In this document: in pieces, positions 12,487 through 25,300 of the stretch
How positions within the stretch are numbered: position 1 is the stretch's first letter
Layout: every line of letters begins with the position of its first letter
NCBI GenBank assembly: GCA_002633005.1
Contig: NMRA01000658.1
Location: forward strand, 80,378 to 144,377
Length of the DNA stretch: 64,000 bases
DNA from: Phoronis australis
Lineage: Eukaryota > Animalia > Phoronida
Reading direction: 5' to 3'
Translations under genes and position numbers: made by a program
The notes under the pieces: generated by a model
What the model saw: the letters and a program-made list of their open reading frames with translations, nothing else
Databases searched by the model: none
Told to the model about the DNA's origin: nothing

Positions 12487-14099
12487 GTACGCTACAAGAA
12501 ATTTATTCTTAAACAGAACCATTCTTTTCTCGCAGTTTAAGAGTCAAATCCCCTGCCTGGTTCGCAGTCGAAGTAACAGGTGCTGTGCACGTGACTGGCT
12601 GACCTACTTTTTTCCATATACGGCACGCAGTGCCACACACAGAGGATTAACTCGAATCGCCCAAAAATCATGGAATTCCACAATGAGTTGAAGTATTTCG
12701 AGGCATTTATTTTCATGCCAAGTTATTCATTGAATACGTAACCAACATTACACACCACATTTTTTTCTCGTATAATTTGCACTGCATTCTCGCGCATCAA
12801 TATAAGTCGTTCGGCCGTGCGGATTTTTTAAATATTTTTTCATTCATTCGTTGAGTTGCAACGGAGCTATGCGAACAAATTAAGGAAGTTTGCGCTAACT
12901 TTTATCTGGTTTGCATGTTCAACGACATTGATGGCATTTTTACGGCAGGTCAGTGCTAGAATTTTGTCGGGTATCATTTTTTTCGAAGTGTGCGTTCTCC
13001 GTCGGCAATTTCAAATTGGCTGCTCCGTCGAATATATCGAGTACAGCTTCAACTTTCGCGTCGGCAACTAGCATTAGGGGTACGGTAAATCCTTTTAACT
13101 TCGGTGTGTGGGTTCTTCAATTTCAAAGATTAAGTGTCCATGTACGGGTAGTTAGCGCTGGATGCAATATTTCTCGACACTAGTCGTCCGGGGGATTCCG
13201 TATGAAGTCACCTTGACGTCACAGAATAGGAAGGTATTCCCCAAAGATGGCTGCCAGTATTTGCCGATCGTCTTTGTGACATTTATAGTAAAAATAGACG
13301 GCAAAAGTTTCTAATGTAGAGTTATTTCTTAATATTTAGCGAACTCAAACAACGAAATTTATTAATAATAAATGTTTAGCCTTCATTTACGCCGAAGTTG
13401 TTTTGGAACAGGCCGTCTTTTTTCCGTCTTGGCCGTGCCGTCCAAAGCAGTCATTTTTTTAAAAGGGCCGTCCCATGGACGGCCGCTAGGTGAGTAACTC
13501 GTCTGAGCCCCCCACCCCTTGTCCACTACCGGTCCTAGTTATATTTCCTCACGCTTCGCGTTGTTTCATTTTGCTTGCGGCAGCCCAAGGAGGGGAGGGG
13601 GGGGGAGGGGCGCCTATGAGAAATCATGACTGGCGTAGTCATTAGCAGATGATTAAAACGGAGCCGAGTTGCGTAGCCAAAACGATCAATTGTAGCGCTG
13701 CGTCTGAGGGAACTGAGGCAATTCTGAATAAAACGCTTTATTCCAACACGACCGATTACACAAAGTTGGTGAATACAACCGAATGCGCATGCTTACTTTC
13801 TAATATAACATGAGAAGTTAATGAATAAGTAACACTACATTACAAATCCCCAGTTTCTTACTCTAAAAGTGCTGTTTCTTTGCCGCTTTTTTGGCCGTAA
13901 CCTACTAGACCTGGTCTGCCACCGGGCACTGAGCCGAGCGTAAGTATCACAACGGGCCGTTTTGTAAGCGATACCTGTCAAATGTTTTCATCATTTGCTC
14001 ACCATTTTAAGATAAACATGCATTATCATGTTCCCTCACAGCTCAGTGTAAAAATTTGGTCCTTTTTTCAATAAAGTCCTTGACCATGTAAGTGGTCGT

Positions 14100-15126
14100 G
14101 CCCAACTTGGAACCAAGGACTCGTGTATTGCGTAAAACAACAGGAATTCATATCACTGGCTAGAAAAACAGCCCACAAATTACTAAAATTTCTTCAGGAA
14201 TGTCGTTTTGTTGAGGTCCAATGTTTTCCTAGTACTGCATGTTTTCATTGTCTTGAGACATAACAACCTCCATAGGCCTTGCACCTAAAATGAAAACAAT
14301 CGCTGTTACTTAGGTGTTGCAGACAAGAAAAGCAGTTTGGGGCAAATGATGAGTCATCGCTCATTCAGTCCCAGACAAAATTGATTGGCCAGTCATAATT
14401 TAAATACTGGTAAGAACCACGTATTATGTATTATATATTGCCACTAACACAGAAAAGGAGTAGTCAAAAATTTTTTCGTAATTACTGGTATTGAAATTCT
14501 TAACATCGAATATGGAGGTGAAGGCCATACTTGATAAAAATCCAATCAAAACTAAAGGAGGTGATAAGCGACTAAATCCTGATAGATGATGAACAATAGA
14601 CAACCAGCCCACTCCGCAATACAGCCCAGGCCCTCAATACATGAACACATGTACAAAATAGGTCATGTACTCCAATACAAGAAAACACCAACGCAAAGCA
14701 TTGTTATGTGCCTACATAGTAAACCAACTTCGAATCCTATTGTATTGGCCATAGTGTCCACAGTGCACCACAAACAGTAATTTTCTAGAAGCGCTTCACA
14801 GGTTCGTGAAAAGTAAAATAAGACAACATTTTTTTACCACAAGGATTAACACTGAGAACTGATATCAAAGTATTTGTACCACACAATTTAAACTAACACC
14901 AAGTTTAAATAAAAAATCCACGAAGGACAACAACACTAGTCATTCGAAAATTAGCAGGTGTTGTCTGTTTCTTTTCACACAGAACAATCGTGAAATTTAG
15001 CAAATACAGAGATAGACCCAAAAGACATAAGAGGGCACAGCACTTGATGAAATCTGCTACAACTAGTATCAGATCATCTCCAAAACGGAACAGTGCTGTT
15101 GCTGATAAGTCGAATTGGTAAAACAA
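14100..15126 (-). pseudogene. Probable decayed class A GPCR
   Basis: Manual translation across frameshifts gives TM1-like CCALLCLLGLSLYLLNFTIVL, then KKQTTPANF, then TM2-like LLSFVDFLFKLGVSLNCVVQIL, with more hydrophobic segments and many stops. No DRY or NPxxY motif recovered. Confidence 0.4.
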
Positions 15127-16302
15127 TTGACTGGTGCCGGCTCACAAATTGACTCCCATAGACCCAATTCACGCGGCGGACGTTAAAATCCAAAGCGAGG
15201 CTCAGTGCGATAAACATCAGCGAAAGTAGACATTGCGTGAGTTAAATACCCGGTCTTTCGAGTCCAACCTGGATATTAAATTTCAATGTGTCGACAATTA
15301 ACCACAGAGACGTAGAAAATTACATTAGAGAACAAGTTAAGGCGCCAAAGAGTTTTCTGACGAAAGGGTTTAATTTTTTTCGGAAAACTAGGTTCGAAAC
15401 ATGAAAAGTAAATATGACCAAATTGTGGCGATCGTAGTGTTACGGATTAAGTATTATGCTGAAAGCAGGGTTACGTTTTTTCTTGTAAATTGTTGATCAA
15501 AATACTTTCTACGCGAACAAGGCCATCTGCTCGTATTGTTGACGAGTTGAAGACATATTCGACAGTGGTGGCTGTCATGTGCAATTAGTCACATCTGGTA
15601 TAATTTGTTGATCAAGAATATTAACATCAAGCATAGCCTGATCCTATGCACTCACTGGGACTAACAGTTGATTTGTCATTGATCTGAAAGAATAATTGTT
15701 GTTATCAAATATATATTTTATTAAAATAAAAAACCAGGCTCGTAATTGAAAATAAAAATTATGTGACCATCAATTCTGCTTTCTTGATTGTAATAATTCT
15801 TACGTCTATTTCACGTGTTTTCAAATATCAATCTGGACCAAGTTGAATTTTAAAATTAAAACACCTAATTCGTTCGTCCAAAGCATAACCTCGTTTTCAG
15901 TAGAACTCAACTTCAGTTAACTGGACAATGCAATCATAGTTATCATGTTTCTGCAGGAGCCTCGTTCATCCGAGGGGAAAGGTGCCAGTGCCTACTGAGG
16001 GCGGGAACAATCTACCTCCCGATCACCATCAATAGCACCCCCGCCCTGTTACAAGCTCTCATAGGCTGTGTCTCAATTTACAGTAGCCTTTTGTGCTCTT
16101 AAAAAATGTCCCCTGTGTGGTTACAGATGATGTGAACTCAGAAAGATTTTCACTAGGGGAATTTTTATGCCTCGTGGGGGGAATTTTGCGTGATATTTCA
16201 ATATTTTTGAGAGGGGAATAGGGCCGATATTGGGCCCCAAATTCGAAAGATTGAGGGCATTGTCCTTTTTGGAAAGGAAAATTATAATGTTTCAACCCGT
16301 AG

Positions 16303-16607
16303 CAGGGGCGGATCCAGGATTTTGAGATGGGGGGGCAGGGCACAGGAATAAGCAGCATTTCGGCAGATGTGCACGCTCAGCCTAAAATCTGGGAATGCAG
16401 GGGTCTTGAATTCTTGGGTTTGCGGTCCAGTTGACTAAAAAAAAACGGTAAACGGGGTTCATTCAGCGCCTATGCGTTGTTTATTCACCCCTCAAGACCC
16501 CCTGGTTGCGCACGTGTGCTAGTCAGCAATTCGCACCGGAACTCAAAAATGGGATCTGATACAATTTTAGGGGGGCCATGGCCCCCTTGCCCCCCCCCCT
16601 AAATCCG
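16303..16607. mobile_element. hAT5-like MITE copy, inverted relative to 24301-24562
   Basis: Starts CAGGGGCGGATCCAGG and ends CCCCCCTAAATCCG; the body is reverse-complement similar to 24301-24562. Confidence 0.65.
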
Positions 16608-16779
16608 TAGTCATGAAAACACAGCCTGGCTGGCCCATTCTCCGGTCGTTACTATGCTGCTTGACAACCGAGATGCGACAAAATATGATCTAACTTTTCG
16701 AAAACATTTATAAATTTTACACGGACATATTTTGCTTCGTCACGGCGTATGGCAACGACCCAGCGCTTCCGAATCTCAA

Positions 16780-18310
16780 CGTCTTTAGAGATTGTAGAGC
16801 AGACAGTTGCGTGTCGGCATTTTTTCTAGCCGTTCAAGGAACAACACTGACTGAAATACAGAACTATGCCGATAAGCTAACAGAGCTATGGCAGCAAGCC
16901 TCGTTTTCGAACGCACCTCCTGCCGGCGTGAATTGGCTCTATACGCAATTCAAAAATGCCCTTCTCCAAAAAATTCTGAAGAAGTCCCTTGACAATACCA
17001 AAACGGCCACTAGGGGGTGCTGCAGTAGTTGAATCTGTCTGAAAATTAACTAGCCGTCACATACTACCTGTTTTCATTGAAATCTGACGATCAGTTTTCT
17101 AGATCTCCTCTTCTTCAAAAATACTGAAAAATCTTGTCAGCTGACTCTGAGCTGATAAAAAATAGGCATGCCTAGCTTTAGTGATGCCCTACACCCTTGC
17201 GCAGATTTCATCCAAACATGAACCAGACAACTGGAAAGCAGGACAACCAAATAAACGGCCACTGGGGTGTGCTTCAATGGTGAAACTTGCCTGAAAATCG
17301 ACTGGTACCAGTCACATACATCTGTTTCAAGTTTCATTGAATTCCATCAATCGCTTCTCAAGCAAGATATCATCCGGAAATGTCCGGCTCCAATAACACT
17401 AAAAAACCCTCGCCGAGATTAAAATGGCTGCCAGGGGGTGTTACAACGACAGAATCTGCCCCCAAATTAACTGGTGTAATCACTTTGTTGTCATACAAAT
17501 CCGTGTCAAGTTCCACGGAAATCCATCCACTGGCTCTATATATCATCCAAAATGCTCTTCCCCTAAAATTACTGAAGAGCTCCAAGGCCTGACCAAATTG
17601 AAGAGTGGCTGACGATACCCTACTCCTTTGTAACAAATTGCATGAAATTACGATTTTTGAGATATTGAGCACTCCTGCACACCAGGACAAAATTGCCACT
17701 AAGGAGTGCTACAGTATTCTAATCCCCCCACATACCACCATGTCAAGTATAATAGAAATTCGTCACTAAAATGTTCTCTAGGGAATGCTGTACATTGTTG
17801 AATTTGCCTAAAAATTGACTGTGTCAGGTTTCATTGAAATCCATTGATTGGATTTCTAAATATCATTCAGAAATGCACTTCCCCAGAAATACTGAAAAAG
17901 CCTTGGGTTGAGACCAAAATGGCCGCTAGGGGTGCTGCAGTGGTCAAATCTAACAGAAAGTCAACTGGTGCCAGCGCATTGTCATCACATACTTCAGTAT
18001 CAAGCTTCACTGAAATCTGTTAACGTGTTCTGTAGATATTATCGGGATACGCTTTTCCTCCAATAACACAGAAAAGCCTCACCTCTATAACCCTGGGGGA
18101 TGGGGCTGATTGAAAAGTGGTGTGCACCACCCAGGTAATGCCATACACTCTGTGCTAAATTTCATCAAGATTTGATCGGGGTGATTTGCGATATTGAGCA
18201 AACCAGACAGGATTATGGCAATATGTGACCACAAATATGTTGGCGCATAAAAAGTTAAGTTCCTACTGTTCAAGTGAGGCGACCATTTTGTTGGTGCACC
18301 AACAAAAATT
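16780..18310 (+). mobile_element. Helentron-associated (HINE/DINE-like) repeat with an internal array of diverged ~150-bp units
   Basis: Recurring AAAATGGCCACTAGGGGGTGC-like and AAGTTTCATTGAAATC-like motifs about every 150 bp; terminal palindrome TTTTGTTGGTGCACCAACAAAA at about 18287-18308. Boundaries approximate. Confidence 0.55.
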
Positions 18311-18423
18311 CAAAAAGGACTGAAGATTCAAATCTAATTCTGTCTATCTTAAAATATACGATAACGTGTTGAAAGAGGATCGTTTAGTTCAAATTTATAC
18401 TGCAATTTCAGATTTCTTTCCAT

Positions 18424-19337
18424 CTATAGATACTCACACTCCGTCACGTTTTCACCTTCACTTCTTGTCTTGGACACAACATTTTGCAGCTCAGCCAGAT
18501 GTCGTCTGCTAGGTGTTGATGAACCAATAGGATCCCATGAGAAGCTCTGAGAAATACCCACTCCGCACAGTTGCGTTTTCCCATCACACAGACTAACGCC
18601 CAATTCAGTCTCGCTACTAGAAAAACGTGGGCGTGTTAAAACTTTGGATGGCCAGCAATCCATGTGTTGTGTCTCAAAGTTTACCGGAAGAAAATTTTCA
18701 TCTGCAAGCTTAGGCCCAGAAATGAAATATTGGGACATATCCTTACACCTGTTGCTAGCAATAGTGTATGGATTCTCGTCGTGTTTGTCCAAGATCAATT
18801 GTGTTTTTTCACCGAGTAGACTGGTCTGGAGCCCTGTGTTGTTGGTGTGGCACAGGTATTCCTGATGGTGCTGATCAGTAATTTGAGCATTGATTGGTTT
18901 CTGTGCTGAAGATGCTGGTTTATGACAAATAGCATTCTGTGAGCTTAGAGCCTCTTGACTGGCAGCCAGTGCAGAGTGAGATTTTGTGTCCAGACCTGTG
19001 ATTTGTAAACTGTTTGTACAATAGCCAGTATCCTGGTGCACTGAACTCAGACAAGCTTCGATATCAATGATTGAGTGATTTTCACGGATGGCGGACAATT
19101 GAGCAGCACCACCAAACATCTTCTGATGGAGACTATGGCAACTGGGTGCTGTATTATCATTAAAATTTATAATGCCCGCATTGTAAGTGGACGAGACAAT
19201 GAGTGATTCTTCAGTTGGGGTACTGCTTCGTTTGGGAGACACATCTCTGGTGACACTCAACAAGGAATGTACGCTCTCCACCTGAACAGATGGTGGGTTA
19301 TCTTCTAAAACATTTGGCTGATGATGAGCGGCAACGT
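18424..19337 (-). CDS. bora: bora terminal coding exon 9
   Basis: TTTCATTTCAG| VAAHHQPN... runs in frame into ORF 18424-19281; contains QDTGYCT and SSTP motifs; ends at TAG. Confidence 0.8.
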
Positions 19338-22300
19338 CTGAAATGAAACAGTTTGTTTAGGATCACATCTACTGGTAATGTTTCAGTTCTTTGGCCTAGT
19401 AGAACTTTTTATAGACACTATTCCCATCTGGTGATAGAGATTTTTTCAAGATGTCGATGCAATATCGAAAAATGGATAAAAATTTAATTATTTAAAGGAG
19501 AATGTCACCTATTTTGTATCAATTTAGATCCAATAGTTCCACTCGATAAAAGAAAGTACAGTTCTTTTACCTGACACCTGACAGCAAACGGAGGTGTTGA
19601 AATTAACTAATGACGTCACAGGTTCGAGCGCAGTCTGTTCAGCAGTCCACAACACGCTTACTGGTGTCGACTTATTGCTTGAATTCATCGTTTTACACCA
19701 ATAAATCATCAAAATTCGATGTAAAACCCTTACAAATACATTGAGGTACTGAACCTATTTCTTATTTCGCTGTTACGGATTTATAGGCAGTTCACTGTCA
19801 ACTGTCACAAGGAACGACACACGGAGCAGTGTCAGTCATGAGCATGATAAAATGTTGTCCTTATTTTCCATTAGGTTGAAATTTTATAGTTCTTTAACAA
19901 CATAGCATACACTTATTATGTTTCTTCATCCACTCCATCATCATTTGTATCATCATTATTGTCATCAAAGGTTGTTTTTTGACTAGCATACCATGTTCAC
20001 AGTCTGGACAGTCACACAACTTAGAACAAGGCATGCCTGACTCCAAACAAGAGCACATTTTTTTACTACAACCACTTCTTTTACACTTGCCATTAACATT
20101 TTCAAGGTATTTTATGGGGCTAAAGGTAGAGTCATCCAGTGGAGCATCAGACTACCCCCAAATGATTGCCAACGAAATTACCATGCCCCTGACCAATCTG
20201 TTTAACAAACTTCTTCAGCTAGGCATNCGTTTGTGAATGGCACACTGGTAGTTTGCTCTTTTAGCATGTAACAGCAAACAATCATGATGAGGAGGCAGAT
20301 CACAGATTTCAACCTGAATATGTGGTAGCACGCTTTATTAACTGTTGATGACTCACCATACAGCTTGCATACAAACGGTTCAATGCCTTCCATGAGTTAA
20401 CCAGAAAACACAAATTTGAGCCCAACTTTAATGGCAAAGACAAAATTAAAAAACGAGAGCGCTGGGAGGAACGACACTTGACGGAATTAATCGAAAAGAC
20501 GATGATGGGGAGGACGACAATCATGATGATCACGGCGGCAATTATCAATAACACAATAACATTCATGTCACTAGCGAAGAAATCAAATAGATAGCATACA
20601 ATCAACTACAATAAAGAACAATAGATGGCGCAACATGACGGACGAGCCATGCTTTGTTCCCACATTCCAAAATAGGTGGCGCTATGTGACAGTCTGCAGA
20701 GCAAAGTTATGTTTACAATATTTGGCGTGGAATTCCAGTTTACAGTAGGACAGTGCTGGCTGGGTCAGTCGGGGTCAATTAAGCATAACCAAAACAAAGT
20801 GAACTGAAAGCCAGCCAGCTGCGTGCTTGCATAGGTGACCGAAGGAACAACGGTATCCGAAAATCTCGAATAATTCGAAAAGTAGACGTTGTAGCGCAAA
20901 ATGGCAAATATTTTCTGGAAGCCCGTTCAAAACTCTATTTAAAGTGATAGTTTGGCAAAATCAAAAAACTTTTCGAAAAAATTGAAAATTTGCCGTTTTT
21001 TTGAAATTCAAAGTCAAATAACTCGAAAACGGGAAGTCTGAGAAATACGCTCTCGCAGACTTTTTGAAAGGCCATACTTAAAGGAATCCACATGCAAAAA
21101 TTCACGTCATTTGCTCTTCACGTTAAAAACAAGACAGCAGAACGATTGAAACCGTGTGAACATGCGCCACAGCCGCCATCTTGAAAGTGACTTTTATAAA
21201 AGCTTATTAAACTCAACAAACACGTGACCAGTTTGAAAGTGATTGGTTTGCAAATGCGCCCTCTACTGGAGAAAACGTTTTTTGGCCATATTTCGGGGTG
21301 CGCATGTGCCACTTTGAACGGAAGTCGACGATTTTCAGCACACTTGTAGCACTTGCGTTCTAGTATAATGGTACCGATTTTCAGCCATGTACCTCGAAAA
21401 ATGCAGCCTCTACAAGCATTTGAGTGTGAAATTGGATACAAAATGGCCGCCACGTCCGCCATTTTGTATCCGATCATGACCAAAAACAATAGGCTTCCAG
21501 AACTTTCGGATCTACACGTTATGTGCAAATTTCGTGAAAATCGGATGAAAATTGCGACCTGTAGAGTGCGAACAAACAAAACACAACTTGCTGTCAGACC
21601 AACAAACTACCTCCAAGTAAAAATACCTCTACAAGACAGCATCCTACACAAATAAAGTTTTGACAACCTGAATACCGTTTCATCTAAACACCTTGTTACA
21701 GTAATCCTACTTAACTGAAATAGATTAACCAAAATAATCTTCACTTGAGCACACAGTATGGCCAACAACTGAAATTTCATTTTGTTTAAGTACTCAACAA
21801 AAGTAAGCATTAAGAGAAATGAGCATCATTACTAACACTGATTGCACTGTGCAGCTGCCTTCAAAAAATTTAAAACATAGAAACATTTTATCATCCTTAA
21901 TACAGTAGTACAACCTTTGAAAAATAGAGGAATGTTCATGTTGAAAATAGTTTTTGTTTGAAATTGAAAAGCATCTTCTTAACCGTAGAGCTAAAATTTC
22001 ATTTGACGCTTCCTGTTTTAAATAGCACGCAATTGGAAGAGTAAAAATTTTCCTTAGCTAAAAACTCCAATTCAAGAATCTCCAAAATGTGAGATACTGA
22101 CATATTCGCAACATTTGAATTTTCAAGATACATAAATTACAGAACACAGGTAATATTTCCATTTTTAAATTTCTCAAATTCCAAACACTGCTCATGATTT
22201 TACATACCAGTAAAAGGATCTCAAAATAGGCTTAAAAGTTCATAAAAAGCAGTGCTGATCACTCACATGTAGGAAAAAACTACTGCCAGTATATTTGAGA

Positions 22301-25300
22301 TTGAGACCAATATTACTACAATTTTATCAAGCAAAATAATTTTTGTTCTGTGAAACTAAAGATTATTTACCATAAATGACACCTTTTCAAATTAAGAATA
22401 GCTAGGAGTATTTACAATTGAATGTTTGGAACTGGAATAGGTTTTCATCTTTTCTTTTGTTTGTGAAGTTGACCTGTGATGAAATTTGATTTGTGGCAAA
22501 TGGTTAATTGTGGTGGCGACACATACGGTATATTTCTTTGAGCACTGTTAAATGTACATATAACTGACAGTGACAATCTCCTTAATTTTCTAGTGGGCTC
22601 AACATCATTTCCATCACCAGCTTGATCTTTTTATATTTTAAGAGCTCTTTCAATTTTTCTTACATCCGTTAAGTGTCTGTAACACTGCTTGTGATAGAAG
22701 CACACACGTACCAAGCCTAAAAATGGGGGGCTTGAGTTTTTGAGAATGTGGACATTTATTAAGATTCAAGGGGTACTTCAGAGCTACGAATTGTGCGTTT
22801 GTCGAATTTTGGTAGTTCCTGTCTTTTTAGTGAACTTTTGTCCAATTTTCTACTTTTACGAGTTTTTGTTTCTCTGAAGTAAACCGTTTTACCCACTTTA
22901 CCACATGGGGGAGGCTCGTTCAAGCCCCGAGCCCCCCACCCCTGGATCTGCGCATGACAAGAGCTCTGTTTTTTCACAAACACTTAAAAACTTATCAGCA
23001 ATGATACTTCTCTTGCACTCAATGTTGATACGTTTGTTTGCAGTTGCCTTACACCAGGTAATATCTGAGAATTTCAGCTCAGAAATTTTAGCAGAACCTG
23101 AGACATGAGTGCAACAAGGGCAGACATCTTGCCAGTCTATTGTGAAATCGCACACTCGTTGAATAATTCATAGTTTCAGCACAGTCCTAGCTGTCCCAAA
23201 ATTGTTCTTTGCGAAACACCAAAGGATTCAGGAATGTGCCAAGAATTGTTTCAATACGATGACACTCCTGGCTGCTGCCTGCTGGTTTTTGAGCCTTGGC
23301 CCTTGGTAATTGCCTATTACTTGCACACCCATCCAAGAATTAATACTATCCAATGTAGTCAGTAGCTGCAGTAAACATGCTAACTAAGCCAGCAGGATAA
23401 CATCAGCTGACTGTCCTCTGATGAAGGTTTTCATGCTAAGCAGACGACTGGTATGGACACAATATTTTCCTGGCATGTGATTGGCTGTTCGGATCATTTT
23501 GCACTGACACCTGGTGGCTAACATATTATTTGAGGTTATATTTTTTCCAACGTTTAAATTAAAATTCTTACTAAACGTGCAATTGTATTCTTGGGAACTT
23601 TTTTGAAATTGACTTTTGAACATCTGTAGATGGGTTTAATGCAAAGTTCCGGTTGCCCCCCCCAAAGTGGCCACGGAGGTGAAAGATAGGGGAGCTGGGA
23701 CTCAGGGCTTGGAATGATCAATGACAAAAAACGCGGAAACTTTTACGGCCCAACTCATTCGCGCTACCCAGCCTTGAAATGGTCGATGTGAACCTTTCCC
23801 CGACAACGCTACCACCATCAGTAGCATGCGTCTACGTCCTTTTAGGTCGTCCGTCCACTCCCAACCCACACATTTCACACATTTTTGGCTGCAGAGCCGC
23901 AGTATTTGTCGCCGTGGTTTACAATAACACGAGACGCCATTGAAAATCCCACCACGCTATCCCAGATGCCCTGGCAATGTTGAGAATTTACGTTCCTCCG
24001 AAACATAAAGAGCAACTTCCACTTTTCGAGGTGAATGTCGTCTGCAAAGCCGCAGAAAGAAAGGAATTTGCCGCAGAAATTTTACATCAAATCAGATTTT
24101 TTTACGCGGAAATGTAATAAAATGCGCGGACAGAACATTTGAAAAAAGCGGAAATCCGCGTTTGCACGGAAAATTCCAAGCCCTGGGGACTATGGCCTAT
24201 GAATTAACGTGCGTTCACACGGCCTCGGCGCCTAGCTTTATTGCATCTAAAGCCGGTAAGGCATTATTCATTGCTGGGTTCCCAAAACATTTGCACTCAC
24301 CAGTGGCGGATTTAGGAGGGGGGAGCAAGGGGGCCGTGTACCCCCTAAAATTCTCCCAGATTCCATTTGGCAGTTCAGTGTGCGAATTGCTGACTAGCAT
24401 ATGNGCATAGGCCTTGAACAAACCGTTTTTTTTTAGTAATAAGGTCCACAAACCCAAAAATTCGAGACCCTCGACATTTTAAGCTGGGCGTGCGCATGAG
24501 GCGAAGTTCTGGTTATTCCTGTGCCTAGCCCCCACCAACTCAAAATCCTGGATCCGCCCATGCTCACGAACACTCCAAAGTCATTACAAATTGTATCTAA
24601 TGAGACGGATTTTGTTTCAGTTTTATATAAGCATTGGTTAGGGTGAAAATAATTGATTTTGAAACAGAACGCACAATAATAAACGTCAACATGGCAACTC
24701 GCAATCCCGACTTAGATGAGTGCTCATCCATCGAGGACTTAACAGAATACTAGAGAGGCACCGTGAACATGCACAGACAACGGAAACATGGATAGTTCTG
24801 AAAAACGTTTGAATGACTTGTCATGGTGTCAGTACGCTAACTGCACGATAATGGAAACGACTGATGCTTGCGTTTGCTGCCACAAAATTCAGCAAGTATG
24901 CCTTTTGGAGAAGCTCAGATGTGTCTCAGAGACCATCCTGATTTTGCACTGATCTAAACAGAGGTGTACTTACGACGTTCTTTAGGGCTGGGAAAAAGAA
25001 CTGGCGAAAACATCATACACCCAGCAAACAAAAGCCTGACAAACAAGTGAGTCAACAAACAGGTTATATAAAACATCATGTTCTCGTTCCTTGAATTAAG
25101 TGTAATTGCCTGTTTTCATGGCCAACTACACTCTCCATAATCAAAAACTGATCAGTCAATAACTGATCCGCATTTCTTTGTCTCCTGCCTGCCGAACGCA
25201 TTTTCAATAGTGGCACAGCATCTGACTTCAGCGTCAGTCTCTTTTTCTGCTCTGGCTGTTTGGTAAGCTGGAATTCGTCAGTGCGGAAAGTCACTGTCAA

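Noticed and set aside
21118-21655. 153-aa and 100-aa ORFs
   Set aside because: They lie in an interspersed non-autonomous repeat and show no recognisable domain.
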